From assembly GCA_025594325.1 (NCBI GenBank), contig JANHCV010000004.1, forward strand, positions 2,108,001-2,172,000: a stretch of DNA of 64,000 nt. Reading direction: 5' to 3'. The notes below the pieces were generated by a model, which was given only the letters and a program-made list of their open reading frames with translations, was not told where the DNA came from and ran no database searches. How positions within the stretch are numbered: position 1 is the first letter of the stretch; each line of letters begins with the position of its first letter. Positions 46,780 to 57,209 of this stretch are shown piece after piece. The position numbers and the translations under genes are program-made. The stretch is from Blastocladiella emersonii ATCC 22665. Taxonomy: Eukaryota > Fungi > Blastocladiomycota.

Positions 46780-47185
46780 TCTTTTTGGCTTTGAGGGAGG
46801 ACGGGGGAGAGAGAGCGAGTTACTTTGGAGGAAAACGGCGTTTATATAGGCCGGGGAGCACAGCCTGAAGGTTTCAGGGGCGAGCAGACGGGCGATTCAG
46901 CGACGAGGGTTCCATTCAGCTCACCCGGGGGTTGAACCAAACGCCGCGATGAACACGACGGGGTGAAAATGCCACGTTTCAGCTGGGTGAACACCGGACC
47001 GTGTAAAATCGATTGATCCACCTGATTCACCCCGGAACCAAACGGGCCCTTAAGTGGCCCTTCACGAGCCCGCGCTCTTGAATGCAGCGCACGCTCCCGC
47101 GGCTCACACGCTGGCCGACTTCAGCTCGTCTCCAATCCAAGCGGACGAGTGCGCAACATTACATTCCTCAACGTTACGTGTATTC

Positions 47186-49003
47186 TCACTCGCCCGCCGC
47201 TCCTGTACCGGCGCCCATCGACATGGGTAACCACGGTGCGATGCGGCTGAGCACCTTGGCCGCCTCGCGCTGGAAGTTGCGGTCCATGTACAGAATGACA
47301 AGCGGATCAATAGTTGTGCTCGCGTTGATGCAAACCACGAACGCTACAGTTCCCATCATCAAGAGTCAGCACTCGCCGCCCAAAGCGTTCAGCACGTGAG
47401 CCACGCACCCTGATCGAGCCAGCTCAGCACGCGCATCCCAGACTCAAGCGCGTGGAACAAGTGCACAACGAAGAAGACCCAGGTGAGCAAGAACGCAGCG
47501 AAGACCGCCGCGCCGCGGCGGAGCAACAGCGCTTTGGCGCGGAGCAGGCGCAGCTCGTCCTTGCGCCGCGGCGTCTTTCTAGACCCGGTCGCAATCGCAG
47601 GTTTTGTGCTCGAGTTGAGGACTGCCACTGACAACGACGCAGAGACGCTGCCCGCGAGCTGCACGCGCGACGTGGCCGTGGACACGGGCGCCAAGTTGTA
47701 TCCCAGGGTACCGACATCACCCGTGGTCCTCGCCAGCGAAAGAAACTCGGCTTGCTGGGGGATGGGTACCAGTCCCGTGTCGCCGGCGCGTTGGTTTGCT
47801 CGTGGGGTCGTGTCGCCGCCGCTAGACGCACGCAGCATTGACAACAGCGTAGCTAAGCCGCTCAAAGCGCGCGGCATCGACAACGACGGCGTACCTGCAC
47901 CACTACCGCTGCCGCTTGCAGACTCTGAGTTGGAGGTGACTTCGATCGTGCTGGTACGACCAAGAGACTGCGAGACGGTGGAGCGGAACAGGTCGTGGAA
48001 GTTGGACAGCTGCGAGGCAATGGTACTCGACTTACGCATGCCGGTGGGCATGGGGCCGCCGGTGCTGCCACCACCACTGTGTTCCGTCGAAACGAGTCCG
48101 GCACCGAGCTGTTTGGACCGGTGCGCTTTAGCGCGGAGGAAGTTGATGCGCAGCTGGAGCACGATGCCAGCATACACGGCTACAAACTCTCGTGTCAGCA
48201 AGACATGACACGATCCGAATGTTTGCGCGTACCAATGATGACCACGACGTTGAGCAGGATCAAGACCTGGTCCACAATCGAGACGTAAAACATGTAGCCA
48301 ACGTTTCCGAAGCCAGGCGCGCAGTAGAGCCCAGAGTTGGAGATGATGGGTGTCGGACCAGCGATCCAGTGGAGCGCGGTGCTGAGCGCGGACATGGACC
48401 AGCCGATGGCGCCGGCGATCCATACGAAGCACAGTTTGACCTTGACGAGCAGGATGATGGCCACGAACCGCTCGAGCGATGTGAACAGCATGAGGAACAG
48501 GTTGCTACGCGAACGTACAGCGTTAGTAAGAGAGCGCACGATGGCCATGGCGAGTGGGTGACGGCGAGTACCTCGTGAGCATGAAAGTGTGCGTGCTTCC
48601 ATCAAACAGGCAGTGTACAAAGGCCCAGTCACGACGCGCGATGAAGGCCGTCTTTGTCACGAAGAGGAGGATGGCGTAGCAAAAGCTGTTGAAACTACGA
48701 GCCATCGCGGCGTCAGCACAGCGGCTCACCACGGCAGCCATGCGCATACCATAGCATCGATGAGAGCAAGTTGGCCGGATTGGACTTGTACCACCGCGAC
48801 GCGATAGCGACGTGGAGGAACATGGCGCCGCTGAGCACGCCAACGAGGGCCTGTGCCACGTTGACATAGTGATACGAGAGCGCTTCTTCAAGTGGCGTTG
48901 CAAAGTCGAGTGGCTGCCACTCGGCCAATGTCCGGTGCAACAGCACGCCAATGTCATCGGTAGTCCATTGCGGGTTCTGTGGTGGTCCAAGGGTTGGTAG
49001 CAT
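47186..49003 (-). CDS. Rhodopsin-class (class A)-like GPCR, copy A
   Basis: Seven hydrophobic segments, TM3-top Cys (HCLFDG), SLERF, ECL2 Cys (GLYCAPG), long ICL3, F..TW in TM6, TIDPLVILY and helix 8 NFQREA. Multi-exon. Confidence 0.85.
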
Positions 49004-49641
49004 CTTAGTTTACATTCAACGGGAGCGAGAACAAGGCACGCCGAGGGACTACAGACCTGCGCGCATGTGTGATCCGAAGCGATGAAGATGTCTCGCACCA
49101 CGCAGGGGGCGCTGGCCGCGGACATCGGCGATCGAGAGCGTCGCGTTGCTTATGTCCGGCCATGACTCGTGAACTTGCGATCCGTGTTCGCGGCCATCAG
49201 GCCGCGACCATCGCCCGCCATGGCCACCGTTCGATTGTTCACGCGTAAACATGATCTGCGACCTCCTCAGCCAATGCTCCGGGAGAAGTAAACTAACGAG
49301 TTCTTTATATCAAGCACATGTGTTTTAAAGTCAAGCATCGTCCTTTGACTCTGAAGGTGGTCATGGCGAGCTCACCGCCAATACCGTCGCCTGCGCTAGT
49401 GCCTGCCGCTGCATCTGTGGCGGCAGCTGCTCGGTGGAAAGCGGATCGATGTGCTGATGCGGCCACGACGTTCCCGCCTGCAGCTAGCAGGACGAACAGC
49501 GATGGCCGTGTCCAACGGCCATGGTGGCGGCGGCCGCGGCCGCGGTCGCGAACTGGGTTGAGTGATTGAACGGTGTGGATAGCGAAAGGCAGGACGACAG
49601 GTGTGCAACAGGCAAAGTACATCAACGTAACGTGTGTATTC

Positions 49642-51351
49642 TCACTCGCCCGCCACTCCTGTGCCGGCGCCCGTCGACATGGGCAGCCACGGCGCAACGC
49701 GCTTGAGCACCTTGGCCGCCTCGCGCTGGAAGTTGCGGTCCATGTACAGGATGACGAGCGGGTCGATGGTCGTGCCCGCGCAGATGCAGAACACCATCGC
49801 TACAAGCCGTACAGTTAGCGTTAGTGTTCTCACTCCATGATCGTCGAGGAGGAGCAACGAAACGAACCTTGGTCGAGCCAGCTCGGCACGCGCGTGTTAG
49901 AGTCGAGCGCGTGGAACAGGTGCACGACAAAGAAGACCCACGTCAGCGAGAACGCGGCGAAGACGAGCACGCCGCGGCGGAGCAGCAGCGCCTCGGCGCG
50001 GAGCAGGCGCAGCTCGTCCTTGCGCCGTGCCGGTTTCTTAGAGACAGCGAGCCGCGGTCCCAAAACCAGCGCCGACGCGGATCCATTCGGGAGCTGCGCG
50101 CGCGACGTCGCCGCGGACGCGGGCGCCGACTCGGGACCCGGCCCGCCCGGTAGCGAGAGGAGCTCAGCCTGCTGCGCTGCCGGCGGTGGCACGTCGCCGA
50201 CGCGTCGATTCGGCCGCGGCGACGCGTCGCCCGCGCTCGAAGCGTGCGGCATTGCTGCCGGCGTGCCAGCCCCGCTCCCGCTGTGTGCCGCGCCGCTGCC
50301 GCTCGCGGACTCCGAGTCGGACGCGACCTCGGACGTGCTGAGCCCGACGACGGACCGCGAGATGGTGGAGCGGAACAGGTCGCGGAAGCTCGCGAGGTGC
50401 GAGACGACGGTGCTCGACTTGCGGATGCCCGTGGGTGCTGGAGGGCGGCTCCCGGCGCCGCCGCCGCCGCTGCCGCCGCCGTGGTCTGTCGACACGAGAC
50501 CCACGCCGAGCTGCTTGGAGCGGTTCGATTTCGCGCGGCGGAAGTTGGTGCGGAGCTGGACGATGATCCCGGCGTACACGGCGATGATGACCACGACGTT
50601 GAGCAGGATCAGGCACTGGTCAATGACCGTGACAATGAACATGTACCCGGCACGGCCGAACCCGGGCGCGCAGTAGAGCCCGGAGTTCGAGATGACGGGC
50701 GTCGGGCCAGCGATCCAGTGCAGCGCGGTGCTGAGCGCGGACATGGACCAGCCGATGGCGCCGGCGAACCACACGAGGTTCAGCTTGACCTTGACGAGCA
50801 GGATGATGGCCATGAACCGCTCGAGCGACGTGAACAGCATGAGGAACAGGTTGCTGCGCTAACGCGCGGCGTCGGTGAGTTGATCAAGCGGTGGCCATGG
50901 TCGATAAGGTGTACCTCGTGAGCATGAACGTGTGCGTGCTCCCGTCAAAGATGCAGTGCGCGAACGCCCACTCGCGGCGCGCGACGAACGCCGCCTTGGT
51001 CACAAATATGAGGACGGCGTAGCAGAAGCTGTTGAAGCTACGCCCGCGCGGCGTCAGCACGGTGGGCCACGGCACGGCGGCCACGGACAGCAGGTACCAT
51101 AGTAGCAGCGTGAGCAAGTTGGCCGGATTGGACCTGTACCACCGCGACCCGATCGCGACGTAGAGGAAGAATGCGCCGGCGAAGGCGCCAATTACGGCCT
51201 GCACCATGTTGACGTAGTAGTAGGGCATGGCCTCCTCGAGCGGCGTCGCAAAGTCGAGCGGCTGCCACTCGGCCAGCGTACGGTGCAGCAGCACGCCAAT
51301 GTCATCGGTGGTCCAGTGCGGGTTTCGTGGTGGTCCGAGTGTTGGTAGCAT
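49642..51351 (-). CDS. Rhodopsin-class (class A)-like GPCR, copy B
   Basis: Same architecture and closely similar sequence as copy A (MLPTLGPP...LAEWQPLDFATPLEEA, SLERF, TIDPLVILY). Confidence 0.85.
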
Positions 51352-51686
51352 CGCAGTTTATCAAGCGGGTTTTGGGAGCGAGAATGGGGCGCGCGTTGCG
51401 GACAATAGACTTGCGCTCAATTGTGGGGCACAGTCGTAGACGCGTCTCGCTTCGAGCGGGAGACAAGCGGGCTCTCCGAGCCGTGGACATCGGCGATCAT
51501 GAGTCGTGTTGCTGATGTCCATGCACTGTCGTGCCGTGCCCATGGCTCGGTGGCCGCGACCATCAACCTCCGCGGCCACGCGTCAAACGCTCCAGCGTGA
51601 GCGCGATCTGCGGCCCGCGCCCGAGTCCAGGCTCAATTGGTGAAGTACAAACTAACCAATTCTTTTACATTCGCGAGCGCGTCACA

Positions 51687-53744
51687 TCAATCCTCGTCCA
51701 TGGGCTCGGACGACGGTCCGGGCGACTCCATCGCCGACCCCGTCGCCTGCTGCTGCTGCTGTTGTGGCGGCTGCTGCTGCTCGGCGTAGAACGGCTGGAC
51801 ATGCTGCTGCGGGCCGGTGACGACGAGCGGGGACGCGGACTGGACCCAGCTGCCGCCGGCGGCGACGCCCTCGCCCGGCGGTGGCGGGACGAACGGGAGA
51901 TGTCCTGCGCCAGCGGCGACGGCGGCGGCGGCCGCGGACTGGGTGCCGTGGGCGAGCATGCCGCACGCGTCCGAGGCGAGGGCGAGGGCGCTGCGCAGGC
52001 GATCGGCCTCGGCGCGGAACATGCGGATCTGGGCGTCGAGCTGCTCGTTGTGGATCGCGAACCCCTGCGCCTTGGTCTCCATGAGCGTCAGCTGCTGCTT
52101 CTTGCGCTGGCGGCACTTCATGGCGGCTACACACGACGGGGCTCGAGGGGTCAGCACTGCTCGCTTTCGGACGCGGGATGAGCAAAACGTCGTACCCTTG
52201 CGGTTGCGCTCGAGAAACTCCTTGCGCTTCTCGTCGAGCGCCTCGTAGTCGACCTTGCGCTTGGTGTTGCCCTTCTTCTGCGGCGGCACGTACGGGATGT
52301 TCTCGAGCGCGAGCCGCGTGATATCGGTCGGCACCGTGAGCGGCACCGCCGGGATCTCGGTACTCATCCCCGCCCGCGTACTCGCGCGCGTGCTCGCCAT
52401 GGCCGCCGCGATCGCCGCCGCCGTCGATTCGGGGATGATGCTGGGGACCCGCACCGACGACGACGACGACGACGACGAGACGGCGGGCAGCGCGGATCCA
52501 GGTACTGGTGCGGGTGTCGCGCGGACCCGCACCGGCGACGTGGGCTCAGCGCTCGACCCGCCGTGCTGCTGCTGCTGCTGCTGCGACGCTGCTGCTGCTG
52601 CTGCCGCCGCCGCTACCGCGAGATCAGCAAACTCGCTGAACGGCATGGGCGTCGCCTGGTGGTGCTCGCCACTGCGGCTGCCGTCGGGCGGCGCCACGGA
52701 CGCGCCGCGCGGGTCCGACCCGACGACAGGTGCCGCGGCGAACGGCTGGTCCTGCGCCTGCTGCTGAGAAGGCGGCGGCGGCGGCGGCGGGTATCCCGCG
52801 TACGGGTAGCCCGGGTACGCGTGGCCAGGCAGCGGCGGCGGCGCATGCGCGTGGTAGCCCGGGTGGTACACCGCAGCACCGGCGTTCGGCTGTTGAGATG
52901 CTGGCGGAGCGGCGGCGGCGGTGGCGTAGTAGCCCGCGGGCGGGTACGCGTGGTAGCACGGGTACCCCTGGACCGGCGCGGGTGGCGGTGCGGGATGCCC
53001 GCCCGCGCGCATGGGCCACGGCTGGCCGGCCGTAGGCGGCGGCGGCGGCGGCGGCTGGAAGTACGGCACCGCCGCAGGAGCACCGCCGGGTGGCGGCGGG
53101 TGGTACGCGTAGTGCGCCGGGTACGGCGCGAACGCCGGCGCAGATGACATGGCGGGCGAGCCGAGGGGCGCGGGGACGGACCCGGACACGGTGCGCTCGC
53201 GCGGCGATGGCGCGGACGCGGGGTGCATGGCGGGCGACGACACGGCGGTCGCGGGATCGGCGGGCCGCATGGCCGGCGACGGCGCGTGGAACAGCTGCGT
53301 CGGCGGCGTCAAGTGTCGCGAGCCTGCGGGTGGAGACAGGATCGCGGGCGATCCACCTGCCGCCGCTGCTGCTGCCGCGGCGGCGGCAGTGTCGAGAATC
53401 CGGTCGTTGGACGCGCCCGCCGAGTGGCCGGTACTCTCCGACTCCTCGGGGACGGCCGAGAGTGGCGGCTGCGGGAGGACCGAGCGGCGGGGCGAGGTGC
53501 GCGTGCTGATGGGCGCGGGACCGCCAGATCGCGGCGGCGAGCCCGCGGAAATCGACGACGACTGCTGCTGCTGCTGCTCGAACGGCGGATCGGTGAGCAG
53601 ACTCACGATACCGGGCGTGAGGAGCGGCGCGCGGTTCGGGTTGGCGGCGGACTGGGCGGTGAGCGACGAGTAGATGGGGGTCGGGGTCGGGATCTGCGAG
53701 GCGATCTGGAGCAGCGACGACGAGGCACCGGACGCGGTGGCGGG

Positions 53745-53775
<31 letters not shown>

Positions 53776-54581
53776 ATGGGCAGGGTGCCGGGCGGTTTGA
53801 CGACGCGGCGGGATGACGAGGTGGAGGCCGTTGCGGGGGACGACTCGCTTGGTGGGTCCGAGCTCGCAGCGGCGGTGGGCCCGACGGCGGGCGACGAGGT
53901 GGCGGAGAGCGACGAGGTAGTGGTGGGCGCGTAGCCGTCGAGCGCGCTCGAAGGCCGGCTCGACGCCGTCGCGCTCGAGCATCCCGGTGCGCTAGGGGGC
54001 ACCGAGAGGCCGAGTCCGACGGCGGGCGACGACGAGGGCGGGAGCGACGAGGGCGGGAGCGACGAGACGGACGAAAGCGACGACGAGGACATGGTATCGC
54101 GAGCGTCGAGCGGGCGCGGGGTGAAGCCCGAGGTCGGCGGGGCGAGCTGCAGCAGGGTGCCGGGCGAGAGCGGGGTGCCGTGGGCGGGGCTGCCCCACTT
54201 CTCGGCGAGGGCGGCCCAGTTGCGGAAGCGCTCGGCGTCCGAGGGCAGGTTGAGCGAGGGCGAGATGTGCTTCATGCCGGGCAGCGACGGCTTGGGCGAC
54301 GAGTCGAAGGTGCGCTGCAGCTTCTGCAGCACGTCGGGCGGCGGGATGTTGGGCAGCGCGACGGGCACGTCCGTGGGCGAGGTGACGGGCTCCGCGCCAT
54401 CGTTGCCCGAGGGCGGCGGTGGTGGTGGTGGTGCCGATTCCGACGAGGCGGCTGCAGCAGCAGCGGAGCCCGTTGACGACAGTGACGAGGACTTGAGCGG
54501 CGAGGCCGAGCCCGCGCGGGCGGGTGCCGGAGCCGGCGCGGCAAAGGAGCGCTCAAAGGGGTTGATCTCGTGGCCGTGCAT
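51687..54581 (-). CDS. ATF1/Sko1/ATF2-like bZIP transcription factor
   Basis: N-terminal HEINPFERSF motif and bZIP EKRKEFLERNRK|AAMKCRQRKKQQL with a leucine zipper. 69-nt intron at 52127-52195. Confidence 0.88.
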
Positions 54582-55010
54582 GGCGGCGGTGCATGTTCAG
54601 CGGAGGGCTATGGCGAGGACGAGGGCGGACTGCGTGAGCATCGAGTCCCACGCGGGCGGGTGGCACAGCAGCAGCAGCGATCCGCGAACGCGGACGACGC
54701 GGTCCCGTGTGGTGATGTCGGTCGGCGGCCGCGCGCGGTCGAGGATGATGTCGTTGCGCGGGCGGCGCCGCTGCCGTCATATCACGCCGTTCGACGCTCG
54801 GTCGCGCGCGGGCGGCGGAGCGCGGCTCGTCTCCCCCCGCGTCTCCCTCCCGCACTACGCTCACGCTCTCCCAGCGCCGGCACACACGCCGCACTCATCG
54901 AATTGCGCGCCGGGGAGGGTGGTGGTGCAGGGGGCGGGACCGCGTCGGCTCGTCGCGCTGCCGTGACTGAACGAGTCCATGCATGGGTCGGTGGTCCATA
55001 AGTACCGTGA

Positions 55011-55073
55011 GGTCGGTGGTCGGTGGTCGGTGGTCGGTGGTCGGTGGTCGGTGGTCGGTGGTCGGTGGTCGGT
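55011..55073. repeat. Perfect heptamer tandem repeat (GGTCGGT)x9
   Basis: Read directly. An extra partial copy lies near 54986 and (ACCG)x4 near 55485. Confidence 0.95.
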
Positions 55074-55636
55074 GAGTGCAGCCGGCGGCGACGAGGGGAG
55101 AAGAGGTCGGAACCGCGAGCCCGGCGGGGGTCGGTGATGTCAGCAGCAGCCAGCGGTGGCTGATATGATTTGCGCCTCACCAGATCGCCTCGCCCTCGGA
55201 TCCACTTCGTCCACGACGACGCAGAATACTTTGCTACTGGCAACGGGTACATTTAAATATCAAGGTCGACTTTGCGCAGTATTCTCGGCTCATTCATGGT
55301 GAACATCGTCATCCCGAAGAGCCACGTGGGCTCGGCTGATGTCTCGCGAAGCGATCGGCGGTCCCTCCGCGTGATGCAGAGTCGGCGGTTTCAGGTTCCC
55401 TGCCCGTTCTCGCGGGTGGCGGAGCGCTTCGAAGCTCTCCTCTTCCGCCCATCGTCGACGTCGTCGCACTCGGCATTGCTAACCGACCGACCGACCGACC
55501 GCTGACGCACGCCCCCGCTGATCCGCGTGCCCGCGCGCTCCCACCATAGACTCCCATAGACGCACCCGGCCCCGGAGCCATAACCTTGTTCCCACACTCC
55601 CCCTCCCTCCCCCTCCCCCATCACACACACGCCGCA

Positions 55637-57154
55637 ATGGACTACTCGCAGCAGCGCCAGCCCATGCAGGGCGGTAACAGCGGTGCCGCCCCGTCGCGCG
55701 CCTTTGTCAGCCCGCTGCACGACGCGGCCGCCGACCCAGCGCCCTCCCGCGCGCGGCCGTCGTCGGCCTCGCACTCGCCGTGGGCCGCGTCGCCGTCGAC
55801 CGACGAGTGGACGCGCCGCCGGTCCGCGTTCCTGCCCGACGCCTCGGTCACCACCGAGCTCGCCGCCATCAAGTCGTCCGTCACCTCGTCCGTGTCACGC
55901 TGGATGTCGTCGTTCCTCGACCCGACACCCTCCTCCTCCTCCTCCTCGGCGCCTGCGGTCGCGCCGCCCTCGCCGTGGGTCACCACGTCCGCCGCCGCCG
56001 TGCACCCGCCCGCAACGGCTCCGCGCCCGCGCGCCCCGCACATTGCGCCGTGCCCGCCCGACCTCTACGCCATGTTCCCGACCGTCGACCGCGAGATCGT
56101 CGAGGCCGTCTACCTCGAGCACGCTGGCGACGTCGACCGCAGTCTCTCGGCGCTCCTCGAGATGACCGACCCCGACTTTGTGCCCGAACCCGAGCCCGAG
56201 CCCGAACCCGTGCCGCAGCAGCAGGAGAACGCGCGCCGCACCGCCGCCCTCGTGTCCGAATTCGCCGCCATCGCACCCGGGATGGGCATGGGCGGGATCG
56301 CCGCACCGGGCGTCGGCATGATGGCGCCCAACGCGGCCGCCGTCCCGAACTCGGTCCTCGCCGCGGCCGAGTCGGCGCGTGCACCGCGCCGGTCCTACGA
56401 CGACCATGACGACGACGAGCCGTCGCTGTTCGACGACCTCGCCATCGCCGAGCGCGTGCAGGAGGCCGCCGCCAAGACCAAGCTCATGTTCCGCGGCATG
56501 GCGTCGAAACTCGAGCGGCTGACGTCGCGTCTCGGCGACGAGATTGAGCTCAACTTTGGCGCCATGTCGATGCCGTCGCTAGCGTCCGACGACGAGGACG
56601 ACAGCATGTCGCGCAACTCGCTCACCATGTCGCACCACGACGACGCGTCGATCCTGTCGCTCCGGTCCGGCGCCAACACCCCGGCCCCGGCCTTCACCAC
56701 GCGCCACGACTCGTACGGCGACACCCCGCTCGCGTCGCCGCTCCCTGCCGCCGCTGCGGTGCCGGCGGGTGGTCCCGCGCCGCCGCGCGTCGCCCCCATC
56801 ACCATCTCGCGCACCGCGTCCATGCGCTCGTTCGACTCGACGCCCAGCTCGCCCTTTGTTATCTCTGAGCCGGGAGACGATGACAGCGACAACGAAGACC
56901 AGGACAAGGACGTGCCCAGCTCGCCGAGCCAGGCGCACCTGCGCCGGCACCCGGCCCTGACGCGCGCCGACTCGCTGTCGCGGTCGCCCACGCGCCCGCG
57001 GTCGCCGCTTGCCACCTCCGCCGGCTTCTCGCCCGTCGTCGCGGCACCCATCCTCTCGTCGAGCCCCGCGTCCAGCGTGCGCAGCGGGCTCAGCCGGCCC
57101 GTCTCGCCGTACGCGGCGTCGGCGCCCGCGGCCGGCCCTTCCTCGTCGGCGTAA
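55637..57154 (+). CDS. CUE-domain ubiquitin-binding protein (Cue5/Don1-like)
   Basis: DLYAMFPTVDREIVEAVYLEHAGDVDRSLSALLEM (MFP...LL CUE signature). The remainder is S/P-rich disordered sequence. Confidence 0.85.
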   Translation: MDYSQQRQPMQGGNSGAAPSRAFVSPLHDAAADPAPSRARPSSASHSPWAASPSTDEWTRRRSAFLPDASVTTELAAIKSSVTSSVSRWMSSFLDPTPSSSSSSAPAVAPPSPWVTTSAAAVHPPATAPRPRAPHIAPCPPDLYAMFPTVDREIVEAVYLEHAGDVDRSLSALLEMTDPDFVPEPEPEPEPVPQQQENARRTAALVSEFAAIAPGMGMGGIAAPGVGMMAPNAAAVPNSVLAAAESARAPRRSYDDHDDDEPSLFDDLAIAERVQEAAAKTKLMFRGMASKLERLTSRLGDEIELNFGAMSMPSLASDDEDDSMSRNSLTMSHHDDASILSLRSGANTPAPAFTTRHDSYGDTPLASPLPAAAAVPAGGPAPPRVAPITISRTASMRSFDSTPSSPFVISEPGDDDSDNEDQDKDVPSSPSQAHLRRHPALTRADSLSRSPTRPRSPLATSAGFSPVVAAPILSSSPASSVRSGLSRPVSPYAASAPAAGPSSSA

Positions 57155-57209
57155 CCTCGGCAGTATGTAATAAATCGTTCTCTTTTTGTGTACCCCTACA
57201 CCTCCCCGA

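Larger units (their letters stand above)
43799..47049. mobile_element. PIF/Harbinger DNA transposon, apparently autonomous
   Basis: TIRs GAGTCCGTTTGGTTC (43799-43813) and GAACCAAACGGGCCC (47035-47049) match at 13/15. TTA TSD at 43796-43798 and 47050-47052. Two convergent genes. Confidence 0.93.
43361..47161. mobile_element. Foldback (perfect 266-bp inverted arms, 15-nt loop) interrupted by a Harbinger element
   Basis: 43361-43626 is the exact reverse complement of 43642-43798 joined to 47053-47161. Loop is AGTTTTCATCGTTTA (43627-43641). Confidence 0.9.

Noticed and set aside
47186-51351. GPCRs as type II opsins
   Set aside because: No Lys at TM7 position 7.43 (Asn in A, Cys in B), so no retinal Schiff base is possible.
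55011-55073. Heptamer repeat as an interstitial telomere
   Set aside because: GGTCGGT does not match TTAGGG-type repeats, and it lies in a promoter with no subtelomeric features.
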